Source: Escherichia phage BME3. From it: 64,000 nt of DNA. Of the stretch, positions 45,029-54,893 are shown in pieces (positions within the stretch are counted from its first letter, which is position 1; every line of letters begins with the position of its first letter). A model generated the notes under the pieces. It searched no databases and was not told where the DNA came from. It saw nothing but the letters and a program-made list of their open reading frames with translations. The position numbers and the translations under genes were made by a program. Where the stretch lies: the sequence record PP239276.1. One strand, written 5' to 3'.

Positions 45029-45987
45029 GTAAATTAACAGACGAACAGAAAGCCTTGATTGTATCTATGAAAGCACAAGGTTATTCTTCGCGTAAGATTG
45101 CACAAGAGGTGTTGGGAAGTTCTACTAAGAAGAGCACAGTAAATGATTACTTAGCTCGTGTAAATTCACCACATCGCGGTGCTCCGCAAGATAAAGGTGG
45201 GCCAGTAATTAAAATTATTGACGTAGAGACAGCACCGGAGATTGTGTATAGCTTCTCACGTTTCAAAGCCTTTATTGCACCTGAACAAGTTATTCGTCGA
45301 GGTTACTTGCTTTCCTATTCATCTGCTGATTTAGAAACAGGAGAAGTAGAAGGTAAAAACCTTAGCAATTACCCTCTGTTTGACATAGATCATACAGATG
45401 ATTGGGAATTATGTCAAGATCTGTGGCACTTGCTTGACGATGCAGATATTGTGATCGCACACAACGGTATTAAGTTTGATAAGGCTTATATTAACCAACG
45501 TTTTGCTTTTCACGGTATGGAGCCACCATCGCACTATGTTGTAATTGATACACTCAAGGCAGCTAAGAAGCAGTTTGCACTACCTTCTAATGCGCTTAAA
45601 GAAATGTGTTTGTATTTTGATACAGAAAACTTTAAACTTGACAATGAAGGTTTTCCTTTGTGGAAAGCATGTTGTGAAGGAGACAGACACGCCTTCTTCC
45701 GTATGCAAACATACAACGATGGTGATGTTGTTTCTCTTAGAGATCTTTACATCAAACTTCGTGCGTGGATTCCACAACATCCTAACGTATCTGCATTCTA
45801 TGACGATGAAAAACTTCGTTGTCCTCGTTGCGGTAAAGAGCACCTTGAAGTTGTTCCTGGTAAGGTTTACACAACAGCGGTTAGTACATTCCAAGTACTA
45901 AGATGCACATCATGTAATAGCCTGTCTCGTGGACGTGTTAATTTGCGTAGCAAAGAGAAGCGTGTAAACACTGTTATTGGAATTTAA
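45025..45987 (+). CDS. DnaQ-like 3'-5' exonuclease with N-terminal helix-turn-helix and C-terminal zinc ribbon
   Basis: IKIIDVETAP (Exo I), IVIAHNGIKFD (Exo II), YNDGDV (Exo III); CPRCG...CTSCN pairs at the C-terminus; TTG start after AGGAGG. Confidence 0.55.
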   Translation: MSKLTDEQKALIVSMKAQGYSSRKIAQEVLGSSTKKSTVNDYLARVNSPHRGAPQDKGGPVIKIIDVETAPEIVYSFSRFKAFIAPEQVIRRGYLLSYSSADLETGEVEGKNLSNYPLFDIDHTDDWELCQDLWHLLDDADIVIAHNGIKFDKAYINQRFAFHGMEPPSHYVVIDTLKAAKKQFALPSNALKEMCLYFDTENFKLDNEGFPLWKACCEGDRHAFFRMQTYNDGDVVSLRDLYIKLRAWIPQHPNVSAFYDDEKLRCPRCGKEHLEVVPGKVYTTAVSTFQVLRCTSCNSLSRGRVNLRSKEKRVNTVIGI

Positions 45988-45991
45988 TAAA

Positions 45992-46016
45992 AAGGGGCGA
46001 AAGCCCCTTTATTTTT
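45992..46016 (+). terminator. rho-independent terminator
   Basis: AGGGGC-gaaa-GCCCCT followed by TTATTTTT. Confidence 0.55.
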
Positions 46017-46025
46017 GGAGGATTT

Positions 46026-46427
46026 ATGACTACAGCACTGGATATTCAAATTGATGGTGATCACTACAAACGTATGCGTATGCAACCTTTGGAACTTGCA
46101 TATCTAATTGGTGCAACTCCTTGTTTCACTAAGTTAGCTAAGTATGCTTGTCGAAACAAAGGTGATCGTGTGATCAACCTAAACAAAGCGATTCACGTTA
46201 TTCATATTGAAAAAGAATTGAGTGATAAGTATTACAATATGTTGTATGAAGCCTACCCTAATCTAAAAAACCCTGTAAAAATTGAGTTAGCTAATCAGCT
46301 AATTGATTTATACACAGACGATGATCTTGTTCGTAAGGCTTTAAAAGCAATGTATAAAGGTAAGTATATTGAAGCAGCAGATGCTATTGAACAATTGAAG
46401 GAGAGTGTAGATGGCTTCTCACGGTAA
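46026..46427 (+). CDS. hypothetical protein
   Basis: 133-aa ORF. Confidence 0.4.
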   Translation: MTTALDIQIDGDHYKRMRMQPLELAYLIGATPCFTKLAKYACRNKGDRVINLNKAIHVIHIEKELSDKYYNMLYEAYPNLKNPVKIELANQLIDLYTDDDLVRKALKAMYKGKYIEAADAIEQLKESVDGFSR

Positions 46428-46605
46428 ACAATACGGAGAGGGTGAAGTATATAAAATATACAATAAACGTGGAGATAAACTCCTATATACAATCACAATC
46501 CCAGAAAACATGTGTAAGGCTGGTTTAGACCGTATGCTTTTCTTTAAGTATAACATTCCACCTGGAGATTATGTAGCTAAAAAGGTGAGCACTATTGGAA
46601 AATAA
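46411..46605 (+). CDS. hypothetical protein
   Basis: 64-aa ORF. Confidence 0.3.
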   Translation: MASHGKQYGEGEVYKIYNKRGDKLLYTITIPENMCKAGLDRMLFFKYNIPPGDYVAKKVSTIGK

Positions 46606-47170
46606 AGAACCTAAAGTTATTTGGGGAGATGGAACACCTTGGAAAACTCAAGCAGCCTTTTATACATATTTAAGGGGTTGCTTAAGGAAAGCATGGGTGA
46701 GACACCCGAATAAGATAAAAAAGATCCAATCTGTACGATTTAAAGCCGATAGGTTGGACAAAGATGGCAATGTAGTTTTAGATAAGAAAACAGGCAAACC
46801 GAAACAGGTTTGGAATTGTAAATGTGAATTGTGTGGACATACAGGAGGTATGAAAGACTTTCAAGTAGACCATATTAATGCAGCAGGTACATTAACCTGT
46901 TATGAAGATATCCCAAGTTTTGTTTTACGCCTATTGTATGTAACAGAAGACGACCTGCGTGTAGTTTGTAAGCAGTGCAACGCTATCCTGGCTTATGCTG
47001 ACAAGCACGATATGACATTCAGGGAAGCAAAAGCGGAGAAAGAAGCGATAGCTTTATGCCAGTCTAAAAAGGATAAAAATTGGCTGACGAAGCGCGGAAT
47101 TTCACCAGAAAGTACAATAACTAAGCGAAGAAAACAGATAGTAAAAATTCTTCTTGACGAAGAGAAATAA
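46595..47170 (+). CDS. HNH endonuclease (free-standing, homing-endonuclease-like)
   Basis: CKCELCGH...QVDHINAAG...CKQCNA: CxxC / His-Asn / CxxC arrangement of the HNH motif. Confidence 0.5.
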   Translation: MENKEPKVIWGDGTPWKTQAAFYTYLRGCLRKAWVRHPNKIKKIQSVRFKADRLDKDGNVVLDKKTGKPKQVWNCKCELCGHTGGMKDFQVDHINAAGTLTCYEDIPSFVLRLLYVTEDDLRVVCKQCNAILAYADKHDMTFREAKAEKEAIALCQSKKDKNWLTKRGISPESTITKRRKQIVKILLDEEK

Positions 47171-47215
47171 TAAAGTATTATCGCTCCCACAAATGGGAGC
47201 GTTAGAGGAGAAAAT

Positions 47216-47779
47216 ATGGCTAAACTTTATTTCCGATATAGTCCAATGAACAGTGGTAAAAGCACACATCTGCTACAAACAGCTTGGAACTATAAAGAAA
47301 GAAATATGAAAGTTCTTCTTTTAACTTCAGCTTTAGATACCAGATCTGGTTGTGCTATTGCTTCTAGGATAGGTATTAAAGAGGAAGCAAAACCAGTTAA
47401 AACAAAAGAAGATATGCTGGAAATTTATACACAGCTTAAAGAAAATCCAGTAGATGCAGTATTTGTGGACGAATCACAATTCCTAACTAAAGATATGGTT
47501 GACATTCTTGGAGATGTGGTAGATAATTACGATATTCCTGTATTCTGCTATGGACTTAAAACAGATTTTGCTACAGAATTGTTTGAAGGTTCTGAACGGT
47601 TATTAGCCATAGCAGATTCAATTACGGAATTGAAAAGCATTTGTAAATGTGGAAGAAAAGCTATTTTCAATGCTAGACTTATCGACTCTAAAGAACAGAT
47701 TGTTATTGGGGGAGAAGACATTTACGAAACGATGTGTAGAAAATGTTATAACAGGAGAAATAATGCGTCTAGTATGTGA
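47216..47779 (+). CDS. tdk: thymidine kinase
   Basis: 187-aa ORF; MAKLYFRYSPMNSGKST P-loop and overall pattern closely parallel bacterial Tdk; C-terminal zinc ribbon CKCG...CRKC. Confidence 0.85.
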   Translation: MAKLYFRYSPMNSGKSTHLLQTAWNYKERNMKVLLLTSALDTRSGCAIASRIGIKEEAKPVKTKEDMLEIYTQLKENPVDAVFVDESQFLTKDMVDILGDVVDNYDIPVFCYGLKTDFATELFEGSERLLAIADSITELKSICKCGRKAIFNARLIDSKEQIVIGGEDIYETMCRKCYNRRNNASSM

Positions 47780-48353
47780 TTGGGATTTAGTAATAGCTCC
47801 TGCGGATATAGAATGGTTAAATTGGTTAAATGCGGTAAGTAGATCTAATATCGAATTTGATAAGACACATAAAACTGTGCATTATGATATTACGAAATAT
47901 TTCCCTGATTTTAAAAAGCAATTTGGTGTAGATCCTTACTCTTTTTGGGATAACCAACATCTATATGATACTATGGGAGTAGTACCTAATAGTACAGATG
48001 TTGTTCATCGTATAATTGCAAATGGAGCTAATATATCTATAGCAAGCCACACTAAGGGTGGACACCTTAGTTCTAAATATAGACACGTAACACGGTCTTT
48101 AGATAAAGTGGATTTTAGTAGAACATCTGGTAATGGTTTTTTCGCAACAAAAGAAAAATACTTATTGCCTTGCGACGTAACTATTGATGATAGGGCTGAA
48201 AATCTTGTCCTGTTTCCAGATGAAACATTGAAAATATATTTCAACACTATTTACGAAGATCCATACTTGGAAGAATTAAAGAAACTTCCTAATGTAATTA
48301 TCACTGGTTTAGATAATCAGTGGGAAGAAATTGAAAGTATTTTACTACCTTAA
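47763..48353 (+). CDS. 5'(3')-deoxyribonucleotidase-like HAD phosphatase
   Basis: Internal ATG; N-terminal LVCDWDLV (DxDxV HAD motif I) and C-terminal TIDDRAEN resemble the NT5C deoxynucleotidase family. Confidence 0.45.
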   Translation: MRLVCDWDLVIAPADIEWLNWLNAVSRSNIEFDKTHKTVHYDITKYFPDFKKQFGVDPYSFWDNQHLYDTMGVVPNSTDVVHRIIANGANISIASHTKGGHLSSKYRHVTRSLDKVDFSRTSGNGFFATKEKYLLPCDVTIDDRAENLVLFPDETLKIYFNTIYEDPYLEELKKLPNVIITGLDNQWEEIESILLP

Positions 48354-48362
48354 GGAGAAATA

Positions 48363-49334
48363 ATGACAGATTCTATTTCAGCAAAAATTATTGCACACTC
48401 TCAAACATCTGAAGGTAAGGATATTGTTACCTTTGAACTTGAATATCCTCGCATCATTCACTCTGAATTGATGACGCATCGTTTGTTTTCTCGTAATGCT
48501 GCATCAAGTCGAGCTATCCCTGTTAAAACTCTAATTGAAATGGTACGGCAATCTCCAGCACGTCCTTATCGTTTTGGTGCTAACCAACCAGGTATGCAAG
48601 ATAAAGGCACGGATCACGATGCCCTGATTGATGCAGGTTACACTGCAAAAGAATGGTGGGACTTGGCTGCGCTAAGTGCTGCACGTTTTGCAGAAGAGTT
48701 TGCCCTTGCTGGTTATCATAAACAGGTTGCAAACCGCCTACTAGAACCATTTCAGCGTATGAAGACTGTAGTAACCACTACAGAGTTAGAAAACTTCTTG
48801 TGGTTGCGCGTAGATGCTGATGCAGATCCTACTATTGAGGCTCTTGCTAAAGAAATTAAAAAACTGTATGAATCTTCTGAACCATATCTTCTTTTCCCAG
48901 GGGAATGGCATACACCTTACGTTAATCGTGATCGAGATCCAGAAACTGGTATGATCCGTTATTTCTTGGGTGAAACCTTCTCCAACGAGAAAATGTTGAC
49001 AGAAGACGAAGCAAAAGCTATTTCAGCTTCTTGTTGCGCTCAGGTAAGTTATCGTAAATTGAATGATACTAAAGATAAAGCATTAGATATCTATTCTCGT
49101 TTGCTGTCTGGACAAAAGGTACATGCATCTCCGTTTGAACACCAGGCAACGCCAATGAAAGAAATGGATCTGTCAGGATTAAAACAACAGAAAGATGGTA
49201 TTAATATGCCTCCGTTCCCTTCTTCTTGGGAGGAAGGTATTACACATATGGATCGTAAACATCGTTTGTGGAGTGGAAACTTCTGTGGTTGGATTCAACA
49301 TCGTCAACTTTTGACTAACCATACAAAATGGTGA
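48363..49334 (+). CDS. thyX: flavin-dependent thymidylate synthase ThyX
   Basis: 323-aa ORF containing the ThyX-type signature RHSELMTHRLFSRNAASSRAIP. Confidence 0.6.
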   Translation: MTDSISAKIIAHSQTSEGKDIVTFELEYPRIIHSELMTHRLFSRNAASSRAIPVKTLIEMVRQSPARPYRFGANQPGMQDKGTDHDALIDAGYTAKEWWDLAALSAARFAEEFALAGYHKQVANRLLEPFQRMKTVVTTTELENFLWLRVDADADPTIEALAKEIKKLYESSEPYLLFPGEWHTPYVNRDRDPETGMIRYFLGETFSNEKMLTEDEAKAISASCCAQVSYRKLNDTKDKALDIYSRLLSGQKVHASPFEHQATPMKEMDLSGLKQQKDGINMPPFPSSWEEGITHMDRKHRLWSGNFCGWIQHRQLLTNHTKW

Positions 49335-49431
49335 TCAACTTAAAATTATAGTTGACTTTTAATTGAGATTCGTGTAGTATAGGCTAACGTTAGGAGAGCT
49401 ATGCTCTCCTTAAAAGAGAGAAGGAGAATTT

Positions 49432-49842
49432 ATGTCACTAATTAATACAACCATTTGGGCGACCGTAAGTATGTCTACCATTAAGGCTACACCGATCTGG
49501 AAAGAAATGGCTAAAAAGCACGGAGGAAAAATTCCTCACGAGTATCATAACACTACATTGCGAGCAGCATTAGTAATGCTTGGTATGTCTACCGATGGAC
49601 ATTATACAGTAGAACGTGGTGTTAATATTCGTAGTAACAACAATCGACGTGTGGTGTTTGCAAATACTACATTGTATACTTTCCCAGTTCGACAAGACTA
49701 TAAATATAAGCGAATCTATCAGGGTGTAGATATTTTGCACTTTGGAGAAGAAGATTTTACAGGTTGGGGTAGCTCTCATATCAAAATGGAAGACTTCGGA
49801 AATGAACATGATCCATCACGAGATGATGATTCTGAATTCTAA
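49432..49842 (+). CDS. hypothetical protein
   Basis: 136-aa ORF with GGAGAA RBS. Confidence 0.4.
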   Translation: MSLINTTIWATVSMSTIKATPIWKEMAKKHGGKIPHEYHNTTLRAALVMLGMSTDGHYTVERGVNIRSNNNRRVVFANTTLYTFPVRQDYKYKRIYQGVDILHFGEEDFTGWGSSHIKMEDFGNEHDPSRDDDSEF

Positions 49843-50103
49843 TTGAGAGGCCAAATGACAGAAAGTAATAAATATGAAGGCTGTGAAATTGAAGTCTATT
49901 TTGATGAAACATTAGGTTGCAATGTAACAGTTATCCTTGATACATCTAAAAGATTATCCCCAAAAAGACAAGAAGCAGACCGCAAAGCAAAGGCAAAAGG
50001 TTTTGAAGGTATAGATCATTTTGAAGGTTTTCTATACGCAAATGGCTTATATAATGAGATGCGTGGCGGTTATGATGTAGATGTTCTAAACATGCACAAT
50101 TAA
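49843..50103 (+). CDS. hypothetical protein
   Basis: 86-aa ORF. Confidence 0.35.
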   Translation: MRGQMTESNKYEGCEIEVYFDETLGCNVTVILDTSKRLSPKRQEADRKAKAKGFEGIDHFEGFLYANGLYNEMRGGYDVDVLNMHN

Positions 50104-50114
50104 TAGGAGAGGAA

Positions 50115-52376
50115 GTGACTCAGTATCTAAGCAAATCTATCCGTTATGTAACAAAAACAAACGGCAAGAAAGAAGAATTTAATCCAGAAAAACTTCGTAA
50201 ATGGTCAGAGTTTGCTGCTGGTAAATTAAATTGGTCTGAAATTGAACTCGAAGCTGTTAAACGTTGTTACGACGGTGTGCCTACTCGTGATTTACATAAA
50301 GCTATGATAGCAGCATGTATTGATAAGAAAGATCAGGCATATAGTGATATGGCAGGTCGGTTACTTCTTGGTATGATCTATAAACAGGCTCATGGGGGAT
50401 ATCACAATATCCCCTCCCTCCTGGATTTCTACAATATGTCTGTAAGTAAAGGCTATTGGGGAAAAATGGATTATACAGAAGAAGAAATTATTGAGATTGG
50501 TAAAATTGTCAATCACGATAAAAACCTAACTTATGGTTATTCCGTACTGCGCCAGATGGTTGATAAGTATCTTGTGAAAGATGCGATCAATGATGTTGTT
50601 TTTGAATCACCACAGTTTTTATTCATTGGTGTAGCAATGAAGGTAATGGAAATTCAACCAAAAGATCGCAGAGTAGAAGACATTAAACGTCTATATACCT
50701 ACGTAAGTGATCTTAAGATTAATTTACCATCGCCTTATTTAACAACTTTGCGTACTAAGATTAAAGGTAGTGCTTCTTGTTGTCTGTTTAGAGCAGATGA
50801 TACAGCAGAATCTTTAGCAATTGCTAACTATCTTGCTCATGAATATACATTGAATAATGCAGGTATTGGTGTTAACCTACAAACCCGTGCTACAGGACAA
50901 GGTGTTAAGAACAACCGTATCGTTCACGGTGGGCTTTTACCATATCTGAAATGGATGGAAACAAGTGTTGGAGCATCAAAACAAGCAAGTCGTGGTGGAA
51001 GTGCAACAGTAACGTTCACAATATTAGAGCCTGACTTTGAAGATCTGGTACGTTTGAAAAACCCAACTACGGTTAGTGAAAAACGAGTAGATAAACTTGA
51101 TTACTCTATTGTAGTAAACAATGCTTTCCTGCGACGTGCAGCAAAAGGTAAAGATTGGATGTTAGTCAGTTATGACGAAGCACCAGAACTCTATGAGGCG
51201 CTTTATAAAAGCGAGGAAGAGTTTGAAGAAGTATATGAAAAAGTTAGTCGCAAACGAATTAAGAAGAAGTTTGTAAAAGCACGAGATCTTCTGGCAGAAA
51301 TTATTACACAAAGAGCAGAGACAGGACGTATTTATATGTTCTTTGCGGATAATGTTAATAAGCATACTCCGTTTAAGGATGTTATTTACCAGTCAAACTT
51401 GTGCCAAGAAATTTTCTTACCTACGAAAGCATTTCACAATATGACTGATCTTTTCACAGGTGAGAATACAGAAGATCAAGAATTGGCATTATGCTTCCTG
51501 TCTTCTATTGTAGCTGGTCGTGTTACACCAGAAGAATATGAAGATGTTGCATATTATACCGTTCTAACTATTGATAATGTTATTGAAACAATGCAGTATC
51601 CGTTTAAACATAACGAAATCACTGCTAAAGCACGTAGGTCTATCGGTGTAGGTATTACAAACCTTGCACATTATCTGGCAAGTAATTTTGTTACTTATTC
51701 AGATCCTTACGGCAAAAAACTAATTCACGAATTAGCAGAAAGACATTATTACTGGTTAGCAAGAGCTTCTCTTCGTTTGGCAAAAGAGAAAGGTAATGCA
51801 GAATGGATGCATAAAACCAAGTGGCCTGAAGGATGGTTGCCTATTGATACCTACGCTAAAGCTGTAGACGATATTGGCAATTTTAAACTTAAAATGGATT
51901 GGGAAGGTTTACGACAAGATATCATTGCACAAGGTGGTATCCGAAATAGCGTATTAGCAGCTATTGCTCCAAATGAGTCCAGTAGTCTTGTAAGTAATAC
52001 GACTAACTCTGTGTATCCTGTACGAGATACTATAGTTTATAAACAAAGCCAAAAAGGTAATGTTCTGTTTATTGTGCCAGATTACGATAAACTAAAAGAT
52101 ATTTACCAATCGGCTTGGGATACGCCAGATAAAGATATGGCTGAAGCATATGGTCTGTTGACTAAATTCTTAGATCAAGGTGCATCATGTGATAAGTGGA
52201 TTGACTACTCTAAGATGGAAGGTGGTCGTTTATCCATTAAATCAGAAATGCAATATATCCTTCAGTTTGCAAAACTTGGTGGTAAATCTTTGTACTATCT
52301 AAATAGTAGAACAAAATCGGCAACCTCACTCGCTCAAGAGGATGAAGAATCCGGTTGTGAGGCTTGTAAGATGTAA
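50115..52376 (+). CDS. nrdA: ribonucleotide reductase class Ia large subunit
   Basis: 753-aa ORF, GTG start after AGGAGAGG; N-terminal ATP-cone-like VTKTNGKKEEFNPEKL; normal length, so no intein. Confidence 0.85.
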   Translation: MTQYLSKSIRYVTKTNGKKEEFNPEKLRKWSEFAAGKLNWSEIELEAVKRCYDGVPTRDLHKAMIAACIDKKDQAYSDMAGRLLLGMIYKQAHGGYHNIPSLLDFYNMSVSKGYWGKMDYTEEEIIEIGKIVNHDKNLTYGYSVLRQMVDKYLVKDAINDVVFESPQFLFIGVAMKVMEIQPKDRRVEDIKRLYTYVSDLKINLPSPYLTTLRTKIKGSASCCLFRADDTAESLAIANYLAHEYTLNNAGIGVNLQTRATGQGVKNNRIVHGGLLPYLKWMETSVGASKQASRGGSATVTFTILEPDFEDLVRLKNPTTVSEKRVDKLDYSIVVNNAFLRRAAKGKDWMLVSYDEAPELYEALYKSEEEFEEVYEKVSRKRIKKKFVKARDLLAEIITQRAETGRIYMFFADNVNKHTPFKDVIYQSNLCQEIFLPTKAFHNMTDLFTGENTEDQELALCFLSSIVAGRVTPEEYEDVAYYTVLTIDNVIETMQYPFKHNEITAKARRSIGVGITNLAHYLASNFVTYSDPYGKKLIHELAERHYYWLARASLRLAKEKGNAEWMHKTKWPEGWLPIDTYAKAVDDIGNFKLKMDWEGLRQDIIAQGGIRNSVLAAIAPNESSSLVSNTTNSVYPVRDTIVYKQSQKGNVLFIVPDYDKLKDIYQSAWDTPDKDMAEAYGLLTKFLDQGASCDKWIDYSKMEGGRLSIKSEMQYILQFAKLGGKSLYYLNSRTKSATSLAQEDEESGCEACKM

Positions 52377-52382
52377 TGAAAC

Positions 52383-52405
52383 TAGGGGGCTTTGTCCCCC
52401 TTTCT
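52383..52405 (+). terminator. terminator/attenuator-like hairpin between nrdA and the next gene
   Basis: AGGGGG-ctttgt-CCCCCT followed by TTCTT. Confidence 0.35.
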
Positions 52406-52416
52406 TAAGGAGGAAT

Positions 52417-52752
52417 ATGCCTACATTAGTTGTATTACCTGGAGCAACACCACAAAGACGCTGGGGAAATTATACACTGGTAGATAGTAAAGATTTTACA
52501 TTCGATTGGTGTTGTCATTATATTGCAGGTTTTCAATTTTCCAGTGTTGAAATATGGGCTTCCAATGATCCCATAGCTACCTGGTATGCTTTAACCAGGG
52601 CAAGGTATGAGGGAGAGGTTACTGTACTACTCACAAAGAGTGTATGGGATGCATTAGAGAAGGCTTACATAGAGCATGGTATGGAGAGAGAACACATTGA
52701 TACAATAAAAGCAATGTGCGATATTGTGGAGGATTTAAATGGCAGCAATTAA
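52417..52752 (+). CDS. hypothetical protein between nrdA and nrdB
   Basis: Internal ATG after AGGAGGAA RBS (MPTLVVLPGATPQRRW...), about 111 aa. Confidence 0.4.
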   Translation: MPTLVVLPGATPQRRWGNYTLVDSKDFTFDWCCHYIAGFQFSSVEIWASNDPIATWYALTRARYEGEVTVLLTKSVWDALEKAYIEHGMEREHIDTIKAMCDIVEDLNGSN

Positions 52753-53824
52753 CTTATACAACGACACTTACAAAGAAGGTTTCTACCCTGTGTTTTTGGG
52801 AGAACAGTTAGGTATTTTTGATTCTATTAATGTAACATACCCAGAAATGCATCGTCTGTATAAACTACAAAAACAGCAAGATTGGGATGAAAACGAAGTA
52901 AACTTAGATCAGACACGAAAAGATTTCGTAGCTTGTTCTAAAAGCAACTATGATGTTATGATCAAAAACCTATCTTTCCAATGGGAAAATGATTCACTTG
53001 CTAAATCAATCATCACTTTGTTTGCACCATTTTTAAGCAACAACGAAGCATGTGCAATGATGATGAAGCAATCAGAAATGGAAGTTTTACACGCTTTGAC
53101 ATATTCTGAAATTATTCGTCAGTGTATCCCTAATCCAAATGAAGTTATCGATCAGATTATGGAGAACGAAAGAATCTTCCAGAGGATGGGTATAGTTGAA
53201 GAGATAATGAGTGATCTGGCAGAGGCAGGGCATAAGTATGCTCTAGGTCTGATTGAGAAGGATGATAACCTTCGTCTACTGATTCTGAAAGGAATGATTG
53301 CACTTATAGGTCTGGAAGGCATTCAATTCATATCATCTTTTGCTGCAACATTTGCCTTAGCAGAGCAGCAACTGTTTGTAGGTGCAGCTAAACTCATTCA
53401 AAAAATTATGTTGGATGAACTATTGCACGTTAAAATGGATTATGCTATTATTGATGCACTGCTGAAAGATCCTGTCTGGAGAAAAGTATACGAAGATAAT
53501 ATCGACGTTCTGACAGAAATTCTTGACACGGTAGTTGGACAAGAGGAAGATTGGTGTGACTATCTGTTTAGTGAAGGAAGGATTATCGTTGGTGGTAACG
53601 CAGAGCTGTTCAAACTTTGGGTTTACTTCAATGCTGCGCCTATCTATCGAAGACTGAAAATGAAACACAAATTCCGTGCACCGAAGAAAAGTCCACTGCC
53701 TTGGATGGATGTTTGGTTAAATCCAGATCAAATTCAAGCAGCAGCACAGGAGATCCAAATTACAGCTTACAAACTGAATTCAGCAAATAAAGATGTAAGT
53801 GATGACGAGGAGTTAGACTTTTAA
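52739..53824 (+). CDS. nrdB: ribonucleotide reductase small subunit
   Basis: 361-aa ORF; di-iron ligand spacing and size consistent with R2 (MEVLHALTYSEI, LAEQQLF). Confidence 0.8.
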   Translation: MAAINLYNDTYKEGFYPVFLGEQLGIFDSINVTYPEMHRLYKLQKQQDWDENEVNLDQTRKDFVACSKSNYDVMIKNLSFQWENDSLAKSIITLFAPFLSNNEACAMMMKQSEMEVLHALTYSEIIRQCIPNPNEVIDQIMENERIFQRMGIVEEIMSDLAEAGHKYALGLIEKDDNLRLLILKGMIALIGLEGIQFISSFAATFALAEQQLFVGAAKLIQKIMLDELLHVKMDYAIIDALLKDPVWRKVYEDNIDVLTEILDTVVGQEEDWCDYLFSEGRIIVGGNAELFKLWVYFNAAPIYRRLKMKHKFRAPKKSPLPWMDVWLNPDQIQAAAQEIQITAYKLNSANKDVSDDEELDF

Positions 53825-54042
53825 TGAAACTACTTTGTGTTGGATTAATTTCTGACTTCAAAGACGTTTTCGAAAAGGGAGCCTCTTACGAGGCTTCCGA
53901 ATTACAGAATGGCTTCTGTGATGTTTACGGTAAACGTTTAAAAAAGAATGGTGATCATTGGCTAGGAGTTATGTCTTGCGGTCACATTATAGTTAATGGT
54001 GTAGCCAAGTTTGAAATTATCAAAGGAGAAAAAGATGATTGA
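53824..54042 (+). CDS. hypothetical protein
   Basis: 72-aa ORF. Confidence 0.3.
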   Translation: MKLLCVGLISDFKDVFEKGASYEASELQNGFCDVYGKRLKKNGDHWLGVMSCGHIIVNGVAKFEIIKGEKDD

Positions 54043-54217
54043 TTTTGTTGATGTAGATATTAATTCTGACTTAACAGAAGATGAAGGTGGTGCTTTTGTG
54101 TGTTCAGATGGAGAAAAATGTTTTACTCTGATGGTAGAAACTTATGATGGTATCACAGAAATTCTGTTAACAGAGAATGAGTTAAAACAGATGTTAGAAA
54201 AGATTGAGGAGCTTTAA
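54035..54217 (+). CDS. hypothetical acidic protein
   Basis: Internal ATG, about 60 aa. Confidence 0.3.
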   Translation: MIDFVDVDINSDLTEDEGGAFVCSDGEKCFTLMVETYDGITEILLTENELKQMLEKIEEL

Positions 54218-54219
54218 TA

Positions 54220-54366
54220 ATGGATGATGTAAGTATTTGTCCTATCTGCGGTGGTACTGGGAATTTTATTGTTAGTATGGAACAATTTATTCCTTGTTGG
54301 AATTGTAACGGCTTAGGTTTCGTTCATACAGAAGAAAAAGAAGAGGAGGAAGATAGTGGGGGTTGA
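54220..54366 (+). CDS. small zinc-ribbon protein (48 aa)
   Basis: MDDVSICPICGGTG...CWNCNG: two CxxC pairs; below the ORF-track size cutoff. Confidence 0.35.
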   Translation: MDDVSICPICGGTGNFIVSMEQFIPCWNCNGLGFVHTEEKEEEEDSGG

Positions 54367-54682
54367 TATTGCATGGCGTATGTTACAGGGTGCACCTTTT
54401 AATAAATGGGAAGAGGCTGTAGGAGAAGATCCTAAAATTGAAGAAGAATTTGGTGGAGATTTGAACTGGTTCTTACAAGAAGGTCTTGATTTAAGTCGTA
54501 TCTCTCCTTTCTATGATGCTGATGAATCTTATTGCATATATGGCATTTATTTAGAAGGTGGCGAAGGAAGTATAGCTGTAGATCTTGAGCAACTAAATAA
54601 GAATGCAAAAGAAGCCTACGCACAACTTCTTGAAAAATATAACATTGAAACGGAAACTATTATTTCTCAACACGTTTGGTAA
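54356..54682 (+). CDS. hypothetical protein
   Basis: 108-aa ORF. Confidence 0.35.
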   Translation: MGVDIAWRMLQGAPFNKWEEAVGEDPKIEEEFGGDLNWFLQEGLDLSRISPFYDADESYCIYGIYLEGGEGSIAVDLEQLNKNAKEAYAQLLEKYNIETETIISQHVW

Positions 54683-54695
54683 GGAGGATAGTAGA

Positions 54696-54893
54696 ATGAT
54701 GCTAGATCGACTGATCAATGCTCCTCGCGTAACAGTAAGTCCAAAAACATTTGCATCACTTTTAGAAGATGCTAGAGAGGTTTATAACTTTACTGAAGAA
54801 GAGATTCCTGTTCCTGTTGAAAAAGGTTCCAGATGGTTGTTTTATGAAGGTATTATTTTTACTGAAGGGAATAATTGGAAGGAGACTAAATGA
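54696..54893 (+). CDS. hypothetical protein
   Basis: Internal ATG after AAGGAGGA RBS. Confidence 0.3.
   Translation: MMLDRLINAPRVTVSPKTFASLLEDAREVYNFTEEEIPVPVEKGSRWLFYEGIIFTEGNNWKETK

Noticed and set aside
40321-52416. ORF-track start positions at 40321, 47649 and 52342
   Set aside because: These upstream extensions overlap the preceding genes and lack RBSs; internal ATGs at 40369, 47763 and 52417 with Shine-Dalgarno sequences were preferred.
50115-53824. Inteins or homing-endonuclease insertions in nrdA/nrdB
   Set aside because: Both ORFs have normal lengths (753 and 361 aa) with no interruption of conserved regions; only the terminase carries an insert.
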